64,000 nt of DNA from Pseudomonadota bacterium (GTDB lineage: Bacteria; Pseudomonadota; Gammaproteobacteria; Burkholderiales; JABEVD01), in the NCBI GenBank assembly GCA_021848705.1, contig JAJZTT010000001.1, positions 7,837 through 71,836 on the forward strand, in the 5' to 3' direction. The notes below the pieces were generated by a model. That model worked only from the letters and a program-made list of their open reading frames with translations, was not told the origin of the DNA and did not search any database. Below are positions 26,298-36,245 of the stretch, piece after piece (positions within the stretch are counted from its first letter, which is position 1; every line of letters begins with the position of its first letter). A program made the position numbers and the translations under genes.

Positions 26298-27252
26298 GCG
26301 CCCGGTCATTGCGGTCACCTCGGGAGAGCCGGCAGGGATCGGCCCCGATCTCTGCGTTCTCCTTTCCCGATCCGACCTGCCCGCACGGATCGTGGTCCTG
26401 GGAGACCGGAAGTTGCTCGAATCCCGGGCTGCCATGCTTGGGACCCGTTTCGATGCGCCGGATTACGCACCGGGAAGGGATGACCGGTTTTCCCTCCTGC
26501 AGATTCCGCTTCGCGTAAAATGTTCGCCCGGAACGCTCGATCCGGCCAACGGCGCGGCCGTCCTTTCCGCGATTTCGCGCGCAGTTTCAGGCTGCATGGA
26601 AAGGGAATTCCATGGCCTCGTCACCGCCCCGGTGCACAAGGGTGTCATCAATGCTTCCGGAACCCCGTTTACCGGACATACCGAGTTTCTGGCCGAAATC
26701 ACAGGCACAAAACAGGTGGTCATGATGCTGGCAGGAGGAGGTTTGAGGGTTGCGCTCGCAACCACCCACCTTCCCCTTCGCGCAGTATCCGATGCGATCA
26801 CCGCACCTTCCCTTTCAGGAACGCTGCGGATCCTGCATGAAGATCTGGAAAAGAGGTTTCGCATTCGTTCCCCCAGGATCGCCGTGGCCGGACTCAACCC
26901 GCATGCAGGTGAATCCGGTTATCTCGGACGGGAGGAGATCGACATCATTTCCCCGGTCATCGAATCCCTGAAGGAAGAAGGCATGAATCTGTCCGGCCCG
27001 CATCCTGCAGACACGATGTTCGGCCGCGAAAATCTTTCCCGCCACGACGCCTTTCTGGCCATGTATCACGACCAGGGTCTTCCGGTACTCAAGCACGCCA
27101 GCTTCGGGGAAGGGGTGAACATCACGCTGGGCCTGCCCATCATACGAACCTCTGTCGATCACGGAACCGCACTCCATCTCGCAGGGACGGGGAGAATCCA
27201 TTGCGGGAGCCTGGAAGCCGCCATCATGACCGCGATCGGAATGGAAACATGA
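26278..27252 (+). CDS. pdxA: 4-hydroxythreonine-4-phosphate dehydrogenase
   Basis: Start trimmed to MIPETTKRPVIAVTSGEPAGIGPD. The rest matches the PdxA family pattern and the surA-pdxA-rsmA order. Confidence 0.92.
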   Translation: MIPETTKRPVIAVTSGEPAGIGPDLCVLLSRSDLPARIVVLGDRKLLESRAAMLGTRFDAPDYAPGRDDRFSLLQIPLRVKCSPGTLDPANGAAVLSAISRAVSGCMEREFHGLVTAPVHKGVINASGTPFTGHTEFLAEITGTKQVVMMLAGGGLRVALATTHLPLRAVSDAITAPSLSGTLRILHEDLEKRFRIRSPRIAVAGLNPHAGESGYLGREEIDIISPVIESLKEEGMNLSGPHPADTMFGRENLSRHDAFLAMYHDQGLPVLKHASFGEGVNITLGLPIIRTSVDHGTALHLAGTGRIHCGSLEAAIMTAIGMET

Positions 27253-27998
27253 AGCATATCCCGAGAAAGCGTTTCGGACAGAATTTTCTGAAGGATGCGG
27301 AAGTCATCGCGGGAATCGTCTCCGCCATTTCTCCCGGAGCAAAGGACCGGGTGATCGAAATCGGTCCCGGACTCGGTGCGCTCACCTTTCCGCTACTCGG
27401 ACGGCTCGACCGCCTCGATGTGGTCGAAGTCGACCGGGACATCGTCGACAGACTCACCAACTTGAGACAGGAAAGGCTCTTCATCCATCAGGCAGATGCG
27501 CTCAAATTCGATTTTTCATCCCTGGGGAAGGACATCAGGGTGGTGGGCAACCTCCCCTACAACATCTCGACCCCACTGCTCTTTCACCTCGCAACTTTCT
27601 CCGGATCGATCCGCGACATGCACTTCATGCTGCAGAAGGAAGTGGTCGACAGGATGACCGCCTCTCCGTCGACGCACGATTACGGCAGGCTTTCGGTCAT
27701 GCTCCAGCAGAAATTCCACATGGAAAAGCTGTTCGAGGTCGCGCCGGAATGTTTCGACCCTGCGCCGAAGGTATGGTCCGCGATCGTGAGGATGATCCCC
27801 ATCCCGGGCGCGCGTGAAATCCCCGGGTTCGACAATATCGTTCAGGCCGCCTTTTCCCAGAGAAGGAAAACTCTCAGGAACACGCTGAAAGGGATTCTCG
27901 ACCTGAAGGATTTCGAGGCGCTCGGCATCGATCCCCAGGCGAGGGCCGAGAATCTGGCGGTGGCCGATTACGAAAGGATCGCCGGCCATAGCCGCTGA
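27249..27998 (+). CDS. rsmA: 16S rRNA (adenine1518/1519-N6)-dimethyltransferase
   Basis: MKHIPRKRFGQNFL; SAM motif VIEIGPGLGALT. ATGA overlap with pdxA. Confidence 0.93.
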   Translation: MKHIPRKRFGQNFLKDAEVIAGIVSAISPGAKDRVIEIGPGLGALTFPLLGRLDRLDVVEVDRDIVDRLTNLRQERLFIHQADALKFDFSSLGKDIRVVGNLPYNISTPLLFHLATFSGSIRDMHFMLQKEVVDRMTASPSTHDYGRLSVMLQQKFHMEKLFEVAPECFDPAPKVWSAIVRMIPIPGAREIPGFDNIVQAAFSQRRKTLRNTLKGILDLKDFEALGIDPQARAENLAVADYERIAGHSR

Positions 27999-27999
27999 A

Positions 28000-28344
28000 T
28001 CAGATCCGTGCGCTTTCCAGTTTCGTGAGGCGGATGATCAGAAAATCGGCAATCTTGTGCAGGTCGTTGATCTGACCCGTGCCTGTGCAGGGAGTCCGGA
28101 TATCCCTCGCCTTTTCATGAAACTGGGTGTGCAGCTTCTCCACCTCCAGGATGGCACGCCTGATGTCCTCGGGCATCTCGCCGACATATGGAAAAACCTC
28201 CGAATAGAACAGTTTCCCGAAATCGCACTCCTTTTCCGTCTTGTGGGTGATTTCGCCCCCTTTTCCGCATGCCTCCTCCAGCCGCCTGATATAGGACATG
28301 TGCTGGATGATGAGCGTGTAGATGTTTTTCAGAAAATTTTCCAC
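28000..28344 (-). CDS. stand-alone chemoreceptor zinc-binding (CZB) domain-like protein
   Basis: 114 aa. H...C..GK..Y...H..FH pattern (QHMSYIRRL, ECDFGKLFY, LHTQFHEKA). GTG start. Confidence 0.55.
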   Translation of the reverse strand: MENFLKNIYTLIIQHMSYIRRLEEACGKGGEITHKTEKECDFGKLFYSEVFPYVGEMPEDIRRAILEVEKLHTQFHEKARDIRTPCTGTGQINDLHKIADFLIIRLTKLESARI

Positions 28345-28382
28345 GCCTCCCCCCCTTTCATTTTGAATTCGTCCGATGGCGC

Positions 28383-28772
28383 TCAGGCCTGCCTGCGCTC
28401 GATGAATTCGATTTTGTATCCGTCAGGATCCTCGACAAATGCGATCACCGTGCTGCCATGCTTCATGGGACCTGCCTCCCTCACCACCTTGCCGCCCAGC
28501 CTTCCGGTTTCTTCGCATGCCTTCGCCGCATCTTCGACCTCGATTGCGACATGTCCGAATCCGTTCCCGATGTCATAGGACCGGGTATCCCAGTTGTGCG
28601 TGAGCTCGAGCACGGCAGCATCCGATTCCGGCCCGTATCCCACGAACGCCAGGGTGAATCGGCCTTCCGGATAATCCTTTCTGCGAAGCAGTCTCATCCC
28701 GAGGACCCCGGTGTAAAAATCCAGGGAGCGGTCGAGATCCCCCACTCTCAGCATGGTGTGCAATATCCTCAT
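28383..28772 (-). CDS. gloA: lactoylglutathione lyase (glyoxalase I)
   Basis: [26 protein letters not shown]...; start trimmed to ATG 28772. Confidence 0.92.
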   Translation of the reverse strand: MRILHTMLRVGDLDRSLDFYTGVLGMRLLRRKDYPEGRFTLAFVGYGPESDAAVLELTHNWDTRSYDIGNGFGHVAIEVEDAAKACEETGRLGGKVVREAGPMKHGSTVIAFVEDPDGYKIEFIERRQA

Positions 28773-28773
28773 T

Positions 28774-28938
28774 TCAATCTCCAATGGGTTCGAAATCATC
28801 CTTCCTGGCGCCGCATTCCGGGCAGGTCCAGTTCATCGGAACGTCTTCCCAGCGGGTTCCGGGAGGAATTCCGTCTTCAGGGATTCCGAGGGATTCGTCG
28901 TATATATAGCCGCAGACCAGGCACAGGTATCTTTTCAA
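28774..28938 (-). CDS. rubredoxin
   Basis: Not in track (54 aa). TTG start preceded by GGAAGGTG. Product (M)[53 protein letters not shown], with two CxxCG knuckles. An alternative GTG start is at 28953. Confidence 0.85.
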   Translation of the reverse strand: MKRYLCLVCGYIYDESLGIPEDGIPPGTRWEDVPMNWTCPECGARKDDFEPIGD

Positions 28939-28994
28939 TCGATCACCTTCCACATGAATTTGGGGTAAAATTGAATTTTAAAGCAAAACACCCC

Positions 28995-29807
28995 ATGAAT
29001 CAGCCTCCCCCTATCGTTCTTTGCTTTTCCGCATCCGACCCAAGCGGTGGCGCGGGAATGCAGGCGGACATCCTGACCGTTGCCAGCATGGGTTGCCACC
29101 CCCTTTCGGTTGTCACCGCGATCACGATCCAGGATACCATCGGCATCGAGGACGTCATGCCCATGGACCCAGACTGGGTTGCCGACCAGGCGCGCTGCGT
29201 CCTCGAGGACATGCCGGTGCATGCATTCAAGATCGGCGCCATGGGCAGCGTCGAAAACATCGCCGCCATCGCGGAAATTGCTTCCGATTATCCGGACATT
29301 CCGCTGGTGCTCGACCCGGTTCTCTCTTCCGGGCGCGGCGACGAACTCGCCAGCGATGAAATGATCGATGCGATGAAAGGTCTCCTGATTTCCCAGACGA
29401 CCATCATCACCCCAAACAGCATCGAGGCTCGCCATCTCGCCCTTCATGAAGGGGAAGAAGTCCTGAGCCTGCCGACATGCGCAGAGCGCCTGATGGAAAT
29501 GGGTGCGCAATACGTTCTCATCACCGGAACGCACGAAAACTCGCCCAAGGTTCAGAACACGCTCTTCGGCAGAAGGGGCGTGCTGCGCGCCGATTCCTGG
29601 AACCGGCTCCCCCATTCCTACCACGGTTCCGGCTGCACCCTCTCCTCCGCCATTGCCGCGGCCATCGCATCCGGCCTGGAAATTCCCGAAGCAGTACTGA
29701 GCGCGCAGGAATACACCTGGAATTCGCTTCATTTCGGCTTCAGGCCGGGAATGGGGCAGCATATCCCGGACCGGTTTTTCTGGGCCAGGGAAGACGTAGA
29801 AGAGTGA
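28995..29807 (+). CDS. thiD: hydroxymethylpyrimidine/phosphomethylpyrimidine kinase
   Basis: Start trimmed to MNQPPPIVLCFSASDPSGGAGMQADI. The track ORF 5' part runs antisense over gloA and rubredoxin. Confidence 0.9.
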   Translation: MNQPPPIVLCFSASDPSGGAGMQADILTVASMGCHPLSVVTAITIQDTIGIEDVMPMDPDWVADQARCVLEDMPVHAFKIGAMGSVENIAAIAEIASDYPDIPLVLDPVLSSGRGDELASDEMIDAMKGLLISQTTIITPNSIEARHLALHEGEEVLSLPTCAERLMEMGAQYVLITGTHENSPKVQNTLFGRRGVLRADSWNRLPHSYHGSGCTLSSAIAAAIASGLEIPEAVLSAQEYTWNSLHFGFRPGMGQHIPDRFFWAREDVEE

Positions 29808-30421
29808 TCAGGGGACTTTACGCGATCACTCCGGAATGTGCCGACACCAGAATCCTGCTGAGCATGGTAGACCAGGCAGTTTCCGGCGGGGCATCCATCG
29901 TCCAGTACCGAAGCAAGCATCCGGATCGCGGATTGCGGCTCGATCAGGCACGCCGGATCCTGAATCTATGCGGTCGGCACGGGGTGCCCTGCATCGTGAA
30001 TGACGATCTCGAACTCGCCATCGAATGCGGCGCGGACGGCGTGCATATCGGCAAGGGAGACGGTTCGGTTCAGGAAGCCAAAAGACGCCTTGGAAACAGG
30101 ATCGTCGGCGCATCCTGTTACAACAGGATGGATCTGGCTCTGGATGCGACGATCGAGGGTGCGGATTACATCGCTTTCGGCAGCTTCTATCCCTCGACCA
30201 CGAAGCCGGGCGCGGTGAAGGCCAGCCTCGAATTGTTGCAAATCGCAAAACTTTCCATCAAGATACCCGTCGTGGCCATAGGCGGCATCACCTGGCTCAA
30301 CGCCAGGGAGCCGCTGGCGAGCGGGGCTGATGCGATTGCCGTGATTTCGGCTCTCTTCGATGCACCCGACATCCGCATGGCGGCAGAACAATTTTCCGAA
30401 CTTTTTCTCTTACAGAAATGA
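29804..30421 (+). CDS. thiE: thiamine-phosphate synthase
   Basis: GTG start overlapping the thiD stop (GTGA). (M)[10 protein letters not shown]..., [20 protein letters not shown]. Confidence 0.88.
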   Translation: MIRGLYAITPECADTRILLSMVDQAVSGGASIVQYRSKHPDRGLRLDQARRILNLCGRHGVPCIVNDDLELAIECGADGVHIGKGDGSVQEAKRRLGNRIVGASCYNRMDLALDATIEGADYIAFGSFYPSTTKPGAVKASLELLQIAKLSIKIPVVAIGGITWLNAREPLASGADAIAVISALFDAPDIRMAAEQFSELFLLQK

Positions 30422-31695
30422 CGAAAAGCCAAACTCTCTTCGAACAATCCCTTGTCCACATTCCCGGAGGCGTGAATTCTCCCGTCCGGGCTTTCGGTTC
30501 TGTCGGCGGCACGCCGGTTTTTTTCCAGCGCGCGAAAGGGGCGACGATCTGGGATGCAGACGGCAAGCCCTATATCGATTATGTCGGATCCTGGGGACCG
30601 ATGATCCTCGGGCACGCAGACCCCGACGTGATCGATGCGGTATGCGAAGCTGCGAAGAATGGCCTGAGCTTTGGAGCCCCCACCTCGCTTGAACTCGAAA
30701 TGGCAGACCTGCTTTGCGGGCTGCTTCCCTCGATGGATCAGGTGAGACTGGTAAGTTCCGGTACCGAAGCCACGATGAGCGCAATTCGCCTGGCGAGGGG
30801 GTATACGGGCAGGAGCACCATCGTCAAGTTCGAAGGATGCTATCACGGTCATGTCGACTCCCTGCTGGTGAAGGCGGGCTCCGGCGCGCTCACCTTCGGA
30901 AATCCGAGTTCTGCAGGCATTCCCGAGGACACCACGAGGCACACCCTGGTGCTCGGCTACAACGATGTCTCGCAACTCGAAGAAACCTTCTCCGCCATGG
31001 GAGACCGGATCGCCGCGGTCATCGTCGAACCGGTTGCAGGGAACATGAATCTCGTCGCGCCATCGATGGAATTTTTGAGCGCATTGAGGAGGCTCTGCAC
31101 CGCGCACGGCTCGGTACTGATTTTCGACGAAGTCATGACCGGATTCCGGGTCGGGGCATCCTGTGCCCAGGGGCTATTCGGCATCACCCCCGATCTCACC
31201 ACGCTCGGCAAGGTGATCGGCGGAGGAATGCCGGTCGGCGCATTCGGCGGAAGACGTGAAATCATGCAATGCATCGCCCCGGTGGGCCCCGTCTACCAGG
31301 CCGGAACCCTTTCCGGAAACCCGGTTGCCATGGCGGCAGGGCTTGCCACCCTCACCAAGGTAACCGCCCCGGGATTCCATGAAAACCTCGCCGCAAAGGC
31401 GGTTAGACTCACCGAAGGGCTCGTGTCGGTCGCTTCCAGGCATGGAGTCTCCTTCTCCGCGCAAGCGGTTGGAGGCATGTTCGGACTCTATTTCAGGGAA
31501 ACTCCTCCTTCGAGCTATGCGGAAGTGATGGAATGCGACAAGGCAGCCTTCAACAAATTCTTCCACTTCATGCTGGGTGAAGGCGTCTATTTCGCGCCCT
31601 CCGCATTCGAGGCCGGCTTCGTTTCTGGCGCCCACGGCGATCAGGAAATCGACCAGACGCTGCAGGCTGCTGAAAGGTATTTTTCGAAAGCATGA
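30418..31695 (+). CDS. hemL: glutamate-1-semialdehyde 2,1-aminomutase
   Basis: [12 protein letters not shown]; PLP-lysine region [18 protein letters not shown]. Confidence 0.95.
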   Translation: MTKSQTLFEQSLVHIPGGVNSPVRAFGSVGGTPVFFQRAKGATIWDADGKPYIDYVGSWGPMILGHADPDVIDAVCEAAKNGLSFGAPTSLELEMADLLCGLLPSMDQVRLVSSGTEATMSAIRLARGYTGRSTIVKFEGCYHGHVDSLLVKAGSGALTFGNPSSAGIPEDTTRHTLVLGYNDVSQLEETFSAMGDRIAAVIVEPVAGNMNLVAPSMEFLSALRRLCTAHGSVLIFDEVMTGFRVGASCAQGLFGITPDLTTLGKVIGGGMPVGAFGGRREIMQCIAPVGPVYQAGTLSGNPVAMAAGLATLTKVTAPGFHENLAAKAVRLTEGLVSVASRHGVSFSAQAVGGMFGLYFRETPPSSYAEVMECDKAAFNKFFHFMLGEGVYFAPSAFEAGFVSGAHGDQEIDQTLQAAERYFSKA

Positions 31696-32282
31696 CACTC
31701 TTCAGTCAGGCGGCCTTTTTCACCACGGTCAATCACTATCGCGACCTCCCCGGGGAGGTCGCTTCCGAAATCGCCTTCGCCGGCCGCTCCAATGCCGGAA
31801 AATCGAGCGCGATCAATACCCTTGCCGGAAGGACCAGGCTCGCATTCGTGAGCAAGACGCCAGGCCGGACCCAGCACATCAATTATTTCAGCCTGGGAGA
31901 CGGCAACTTCCTGGTCGACCTTCCCGGATACGGCTACGCGAAGGTTCCCGATGAAATCAGGATGCACTGGGAAAACCTGCTTTCCCGCTATCTCAGGGAA
32001 AGGGAACAGTTGAAGGGTCTCATCCTGATCATGGATTCCCGTCATTCTTTCACCCCGCTCGACATCCGCATGCTCGACTGGTTCTGCCCTACCGGAAAAC
32101 CGGTGCATATCCTGCTCACGAAGTCGGACAAACTGAGCCGTCAGCAGGCGATGAAGACGCTGCACGACGCGGAACACCTGCTGAAAAAGAGCTATCCGAA
32201 TTGCACGGTTCAGCTTTTTTCCAGCCTGAAAAAAATCGGGGTCGGGGAAGTGGAACAGGCCGTCGGCGGCTGGTTCGCATAA
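31692..32282 (+). CDS. engB: ribosome biogenesis GTPase YihA/EngB
   Basis: G1 motif [25 protein letters not shown]. Confidence 0.9.
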   Translation: MTLFSQAAFFTTVNHYRDLPGEVASEIAFAGRSNAGKSSAINTLAGRTRLAFVSKTPGRTQHINYFSLGDGNFLVDLPGYGYAKVPDEIRMHWENLLSRYLREREQLKGLILIMDSRHSFTPLDIRMLDWFCPTGKPVHILLTKSDKLSRQQAMKTLHDAEHLLKKSYPNCTVQLFSSLKKIGVGEVEQAVGGWFA

Positions 32283-32327
32283 AAAGAAACCCCTCGCCGG
32301 AAAAAGGGGAAGAAAGCCGGAGAGGGG
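32281..32327 (-). terminator. minus-strand intrinsic terminator (11-bp stem with one mismatch, followed by TTTCTTTTT on the minus strand)
   Basis: Arms at 32290-32300 and 32317-32327. The U-rich tail exists only for leftward transcription. Confidence 0.5.
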
Positions 32328-32330
32328 TGT

Positions 32331-32357
32331 AAAAAACGTCTTATCTGGGGTAAGACG
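32331..32357 (-). terminator. minus-strand intrinsic terminator (CGTCTTA-N7-TAAGACG followed by T6 on the minus strand)
   Basis: Seen directly. No annotated minus-strand gene lies upstream of it. Confidence 0.55.
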
Positions 32358-32455
32358 CCCGCTCATAGAGGGGAAAGCGGGGATGATCGTACATCATCTG
32401 CTCGTATGACACGGGCTGTACGAAAATAGTTCAATCATCGTTAAGAAATTTTTAA

Positions 32456-33460
<1,005 letters not shown>

Positions 33461-33533
33461 AGAACGCTCGCCTTGTATTTGTAATTATTCTAAGGTAGTG
33501 TACCCGGAATAATTGAAACCAGGGGGAAGTTAC

Positions 33534-35561
33534 GTGCGCAGTTTTTTTTCGACAATCAATAGCCGGAGCTTATCGGCAAAGCTGCTGATCGCTGCATTCG
33601 CAATCGCGCTGACCGGTTGTGGCGGGGGTGGAGGCGGTGGTGGTACGACCACCGCCACGACAACCGGAACCACCGCCGGATCAACCACCGGAACGACCGC
33701 CACGGCAAGTTCCGTCCAGCTCCTCGTGAGCAGTCCGCAGATGGCTTCTTCCGGTGCCAGCACGATCACCCTGACTGCAATCGCCCTGAGTTCCACCAGA
33801 CAGGCCGTTCCCGGAAGGACGATCTCCTTCTCCCCTGGAGCAGATGCAAGCGCCTACATCAACAACATCAGCAATGCCGGGGTGACCGATGCGAACGGGC
33901 AAGTCACCGCGCAGCTCAATCTTGGCGGAAGCAAGGCGAACCGGACCATCACGGTGACCGCGACGGTGGACGGCGTGACCGCCACCAACACGGTGGGCGT
34001 CACAGGCACCACGATTTCCTTCAGCGGAAACAGCTCGATGTCTTTCGGCCAGACGAATCCGCTCACCATCAGCGTGAAGGATTCGGCAGGCAATCCGATC
34101 GCATCGGTTCCCGTCACGGCGACATCGCAAAATGGCAATACCATTTCCCTCAGTCCGGTTTCCGGGATCACCGACGCCAACGGACTGCTCACTGCGAACG
34201 TCACCGTCACTGTAGCCGGGAACGACGTGATCACCGCCTCCGCAGCCGGCGCGACGCAGACCCAGAACCTCACCATCAGCAGCGCCAATTTCAATTTCAC
34301 CGCCCCCACACCGGCCGCAGGAAGCACCGTGCCGCAGATTCTGGTGAACACGCCAACCCCCATTACGGTCAAATGGACCAACGCAGGCGCCCCTGTCGCG
34401 GGATCGCCCGTGACGTTCACCTCGACTCGCGGTACGGTTTCCCCGGGGACTGCTGTGAACACCGATGCAACCGGAACCGCCTCGGCCAGCATCACCTCCT
34501 CGCAGAGCGGCCCCGCCATCATTACGGCGACCGGAACCACAGGCACGCCTTCTGCCAGCATTCAGGTGAATTTCTACACGAAATCCGCCACCATGCTCTC
34601 GCTTCAGGCATCCCCGAGCACCCTGCAACCGACTACAGGGGCCACAGGACAAACCAACAACCTTTCGACCATCACGGCAGTGGTACGCGATGCCGCCTAC
34701 AACCTGGTGCAAAACGCTCAGGTGAATTTCTCGATCGTATCCGATCCCAGCGGAGGATCGCTCGATGCCCCCACTGCCACCACGGATTCATATGGAACAG
34801 CAACCGTTCATTACAAGGCCGGTGCGGTGCCCAGCCCGCAGAATGGAGTAACCATTTCGGCCACCGTGGTTGCTGTTGCTGGAACTCCCCTCGGCACGCC
34901 GCTCGCCGCAACTCCGCCCAATGTTTCGCTCACAGTGGGGGGGGCGGCGCTTTATGTCATCCTTGGAACGGATAATACCGTGGGCACGTCCGGAACGAAC
35001 TACACCAAGACCTACACCGCGCTGGTTACGGATTCAGCAGGCAACCCCGCTCCGGCAGGCACGACCGTCACCTTCGTGATTCGCCCGAATTACTACTGGA
35101 AGGGCTCCTATGCCTGGAACGGAACCGCATGGATCTACGCTGCCGGGTACCCCATTCAGTGCCGTAACGAGGACATCAATTACAACGGCATCATCGGACC
35201 GGTCACCTACAGCGGAGTTGACCTGATGGGAATCATCGGCCCCGGATCAATCACACCGGCGATTTCGAATGACTTCAACGGAAACGGAAAGCTGGATCCG
35301 GGCAATGTGGCGAGCGTAAATGCAACGGCGACCACGGATGCGAACGGTTTCGCCATCGCCACCATTTACTATTCAAAGCAATATGCGAACTGGGTGACGG
35401 AAACCCTGGAGGCGACGGCAGGTGTGGTCGGAAATCTTCCCCCAACCACAACGTCTTTCCTGCTTCCCGGTCTTGCCACCGACTACACCACACAGACGGT
35501 GAGTCCACCCGGGCAACCCAGCCCATTCGGAATTAATACAAGCTGTTCCAACCCGAACTGA
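33534..35561 (+). CDS. lipoprotein with repeated bacterial Ig-like (Big_1/invasin-type) domains and an unrecognised C-terminal region
   Basis: GTG start after GGGGGAAG. Lipobox ALTGC followed by G8 and a Thr/Gly-rich linker. Repeats of the type ITLTA.A....G..V.GRTISF ... TDANGQVTA. Confidence 0.7.
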   Translation: MRSFFSTINSRSLSAKLLIAAFAIALTGCGGGGGGGGTTTATTTGTTAGSTTGTTATASSVQLLVSSPQMASSGASTITLTAIALSSTRQAVPGRTISFSPGADASAYINNISNAGVTDANGQVTAQLNLGGSKANRTITVTATVDGVTATNTVGVTGTTISFSGNSSMSFGQTNPLTISVKDSAGNPIASVPVTATSQNGNTISLSPVSGITDANGLLTANVTVTVAGNDVITASAAGATQTQNLTISSANFNFTAPTPAAGSTVPQILVNTPTPITVKWTNAGAPVAGSPVTFTSTRGTVSPGTAVNTDATGTASASITSSQSGPAIITATGTTGTPSASIQVNFYTKSATMLSLQASPSTLQPTTGATGQTNNLSTITAVVRDAAYNLVQNAQVNFSIVSDPSGGSLDAPTATTDSYGTATVHYKAGAVPSPQNGVTISATVVAVAGTPLGTPLAATPPNVSLTVGGAALYVILGTDNTVGTSGTNYTKTYTALVTDSAGNPAPAGTTVTFVIRPNYYWKGSYAWNGTAWIYAAGYPIQCRNEDINYNGIIGPVTYSGVDLMGIIGPGSITPAISNDFNGNGKLDPGNVASVNATATTDANGFAIATIYYSKQYANWVTETLEATAGVVGNLPPTTTSFLLPGLATDYTTQTVSPPGQPSPFGINTSCSNPN

Positions 35562-35566
35562 CGATC

Positions 35567-35592
35567 GAAACAGGGGCTTCGGCCCCTGTTTC
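35567..35592. terminator. strong hairpin GAAACAGGGGC-ttcg-GCCCCTGTTTC between convergent genes
   Basis: 11-bp perfect stem with a tetraloop; T-containing tail on the plus strand. Confidence 0.75.
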
Positions 35593-35646
35593 GTTTCCCG
35601 GCTCTTTCCGGTTGAACGCTATGCTCCTCACGGAGATTCTTGCAGT

Positions 35647-36243
35647 TCAACAGGCTTTTTCGCCGGAAATTTCCCTTTCCAGAAGCGCTTCGACCTGAGT
35701 TCTTCGCGCCCGGGCAGACTTCGGCCCTGAGTATTGCTCCCCCTCGGGCAGAACGATCAGTTTCGCTCGGATTCCGCCTTCTTCCAGCTCGAACATGGGC
35801 ACTGCCCCGTAAGCCGTTTTTGCTTCGCCAGGCTTGTAAGGAATCCTGTTGTTGAGGAGGAAGATTTCAAGATCCTTCGCGCTGTCCCGGTAGATCTGCA
35901 GTTCGATTTCGGAATACTTGCCTGCGGTACCGGTCAGGACCGGCCCGGAAAGATAGGGATCGAACGCTTCCAGCAGCCTCATCAGGAAAACCGCCTCCCT
36001 TCTCAGCTCGGCCAGCGCCCTTGGCTGTTCTTCCTGCTGGTAGAGGGACTGGAAGGTTCTCAGCGCCCTTTCGATCTCGCTGTTGTTGGGCATGCATTTC
36101 GTGTCCGGAGCCCCGATCTGTTGGGCTGCCTTGCGCTTTGCCTGCGCGAAATCTTCCAGACCGTCTTCTGCGATGAGCCGGGCTGCGAGATAGGCAATCC
36201 TTTCCCGCATCTGCTCATATTTCCTGGAGCGTTCTTTCGTCAC
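35647..36243 (-). CDS. conserved hypothetical protein, possibly a degenerate minimal nucleotidyltransferase fold
   Basis: 198 aa. LTGTAGKYSEIELQIY resembles the G[ST]..G..S[DE]I[DE]L NTase signature, with Glu in place of Asp. Adjacent to mrcA on the same strand, 2-nt gap. Confidence 0.55.
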   Translation of the reverse strand: MTKERSRKYEQMRERIAYLAARLIAEDGLEDFAQAKRKAAQQIGAPDTKCMPNNSEIERALRTFQSLYQQEEQPRALAELRREAVFLMRLLEAFDPYLSGPVLTGTAGKYSEIELQIYRDSAKDLEIFLLNNRIPYKPGEAKTAYGAVPMFELEEGGIRAKLIVLPEGEQYSGPKSARARRTQVEALLEREISGEKAC

Positions 36244-36245
36244 GA

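Noticed and set aside
28458-28994. 5' extensions of track ORFs: thiD from 28458, hemE from 51277, pdxA from 26155, dgt from 45083, dsbA2 from 58623, the MBL hydrolase to 6766 and the CopZ-like gene to 7698.
   Set aside because: The extensions overlap other well-supported genes or lack family similarity. Internal starts reproduce the canonical N-termini or signal peptides and have an SD or coupled stop-start.
28939-28994. TPP riboswitch upstream of thiD-thiE.
   Set aside because: The gap is only 56 nt and contains no THI-box (CTGAGA-type) element.
33617-34975. Alternative-frame ORFs of 452 aa (+), 343 aa (-) and 235 aa (-) inside the Ig-like lipoprotein gene.
   Set aside because: The products are low-complexity and Arg/His/Gly-rich. 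The main frame has a lipobox, a signal peptide and repeated Ig-like sequence.
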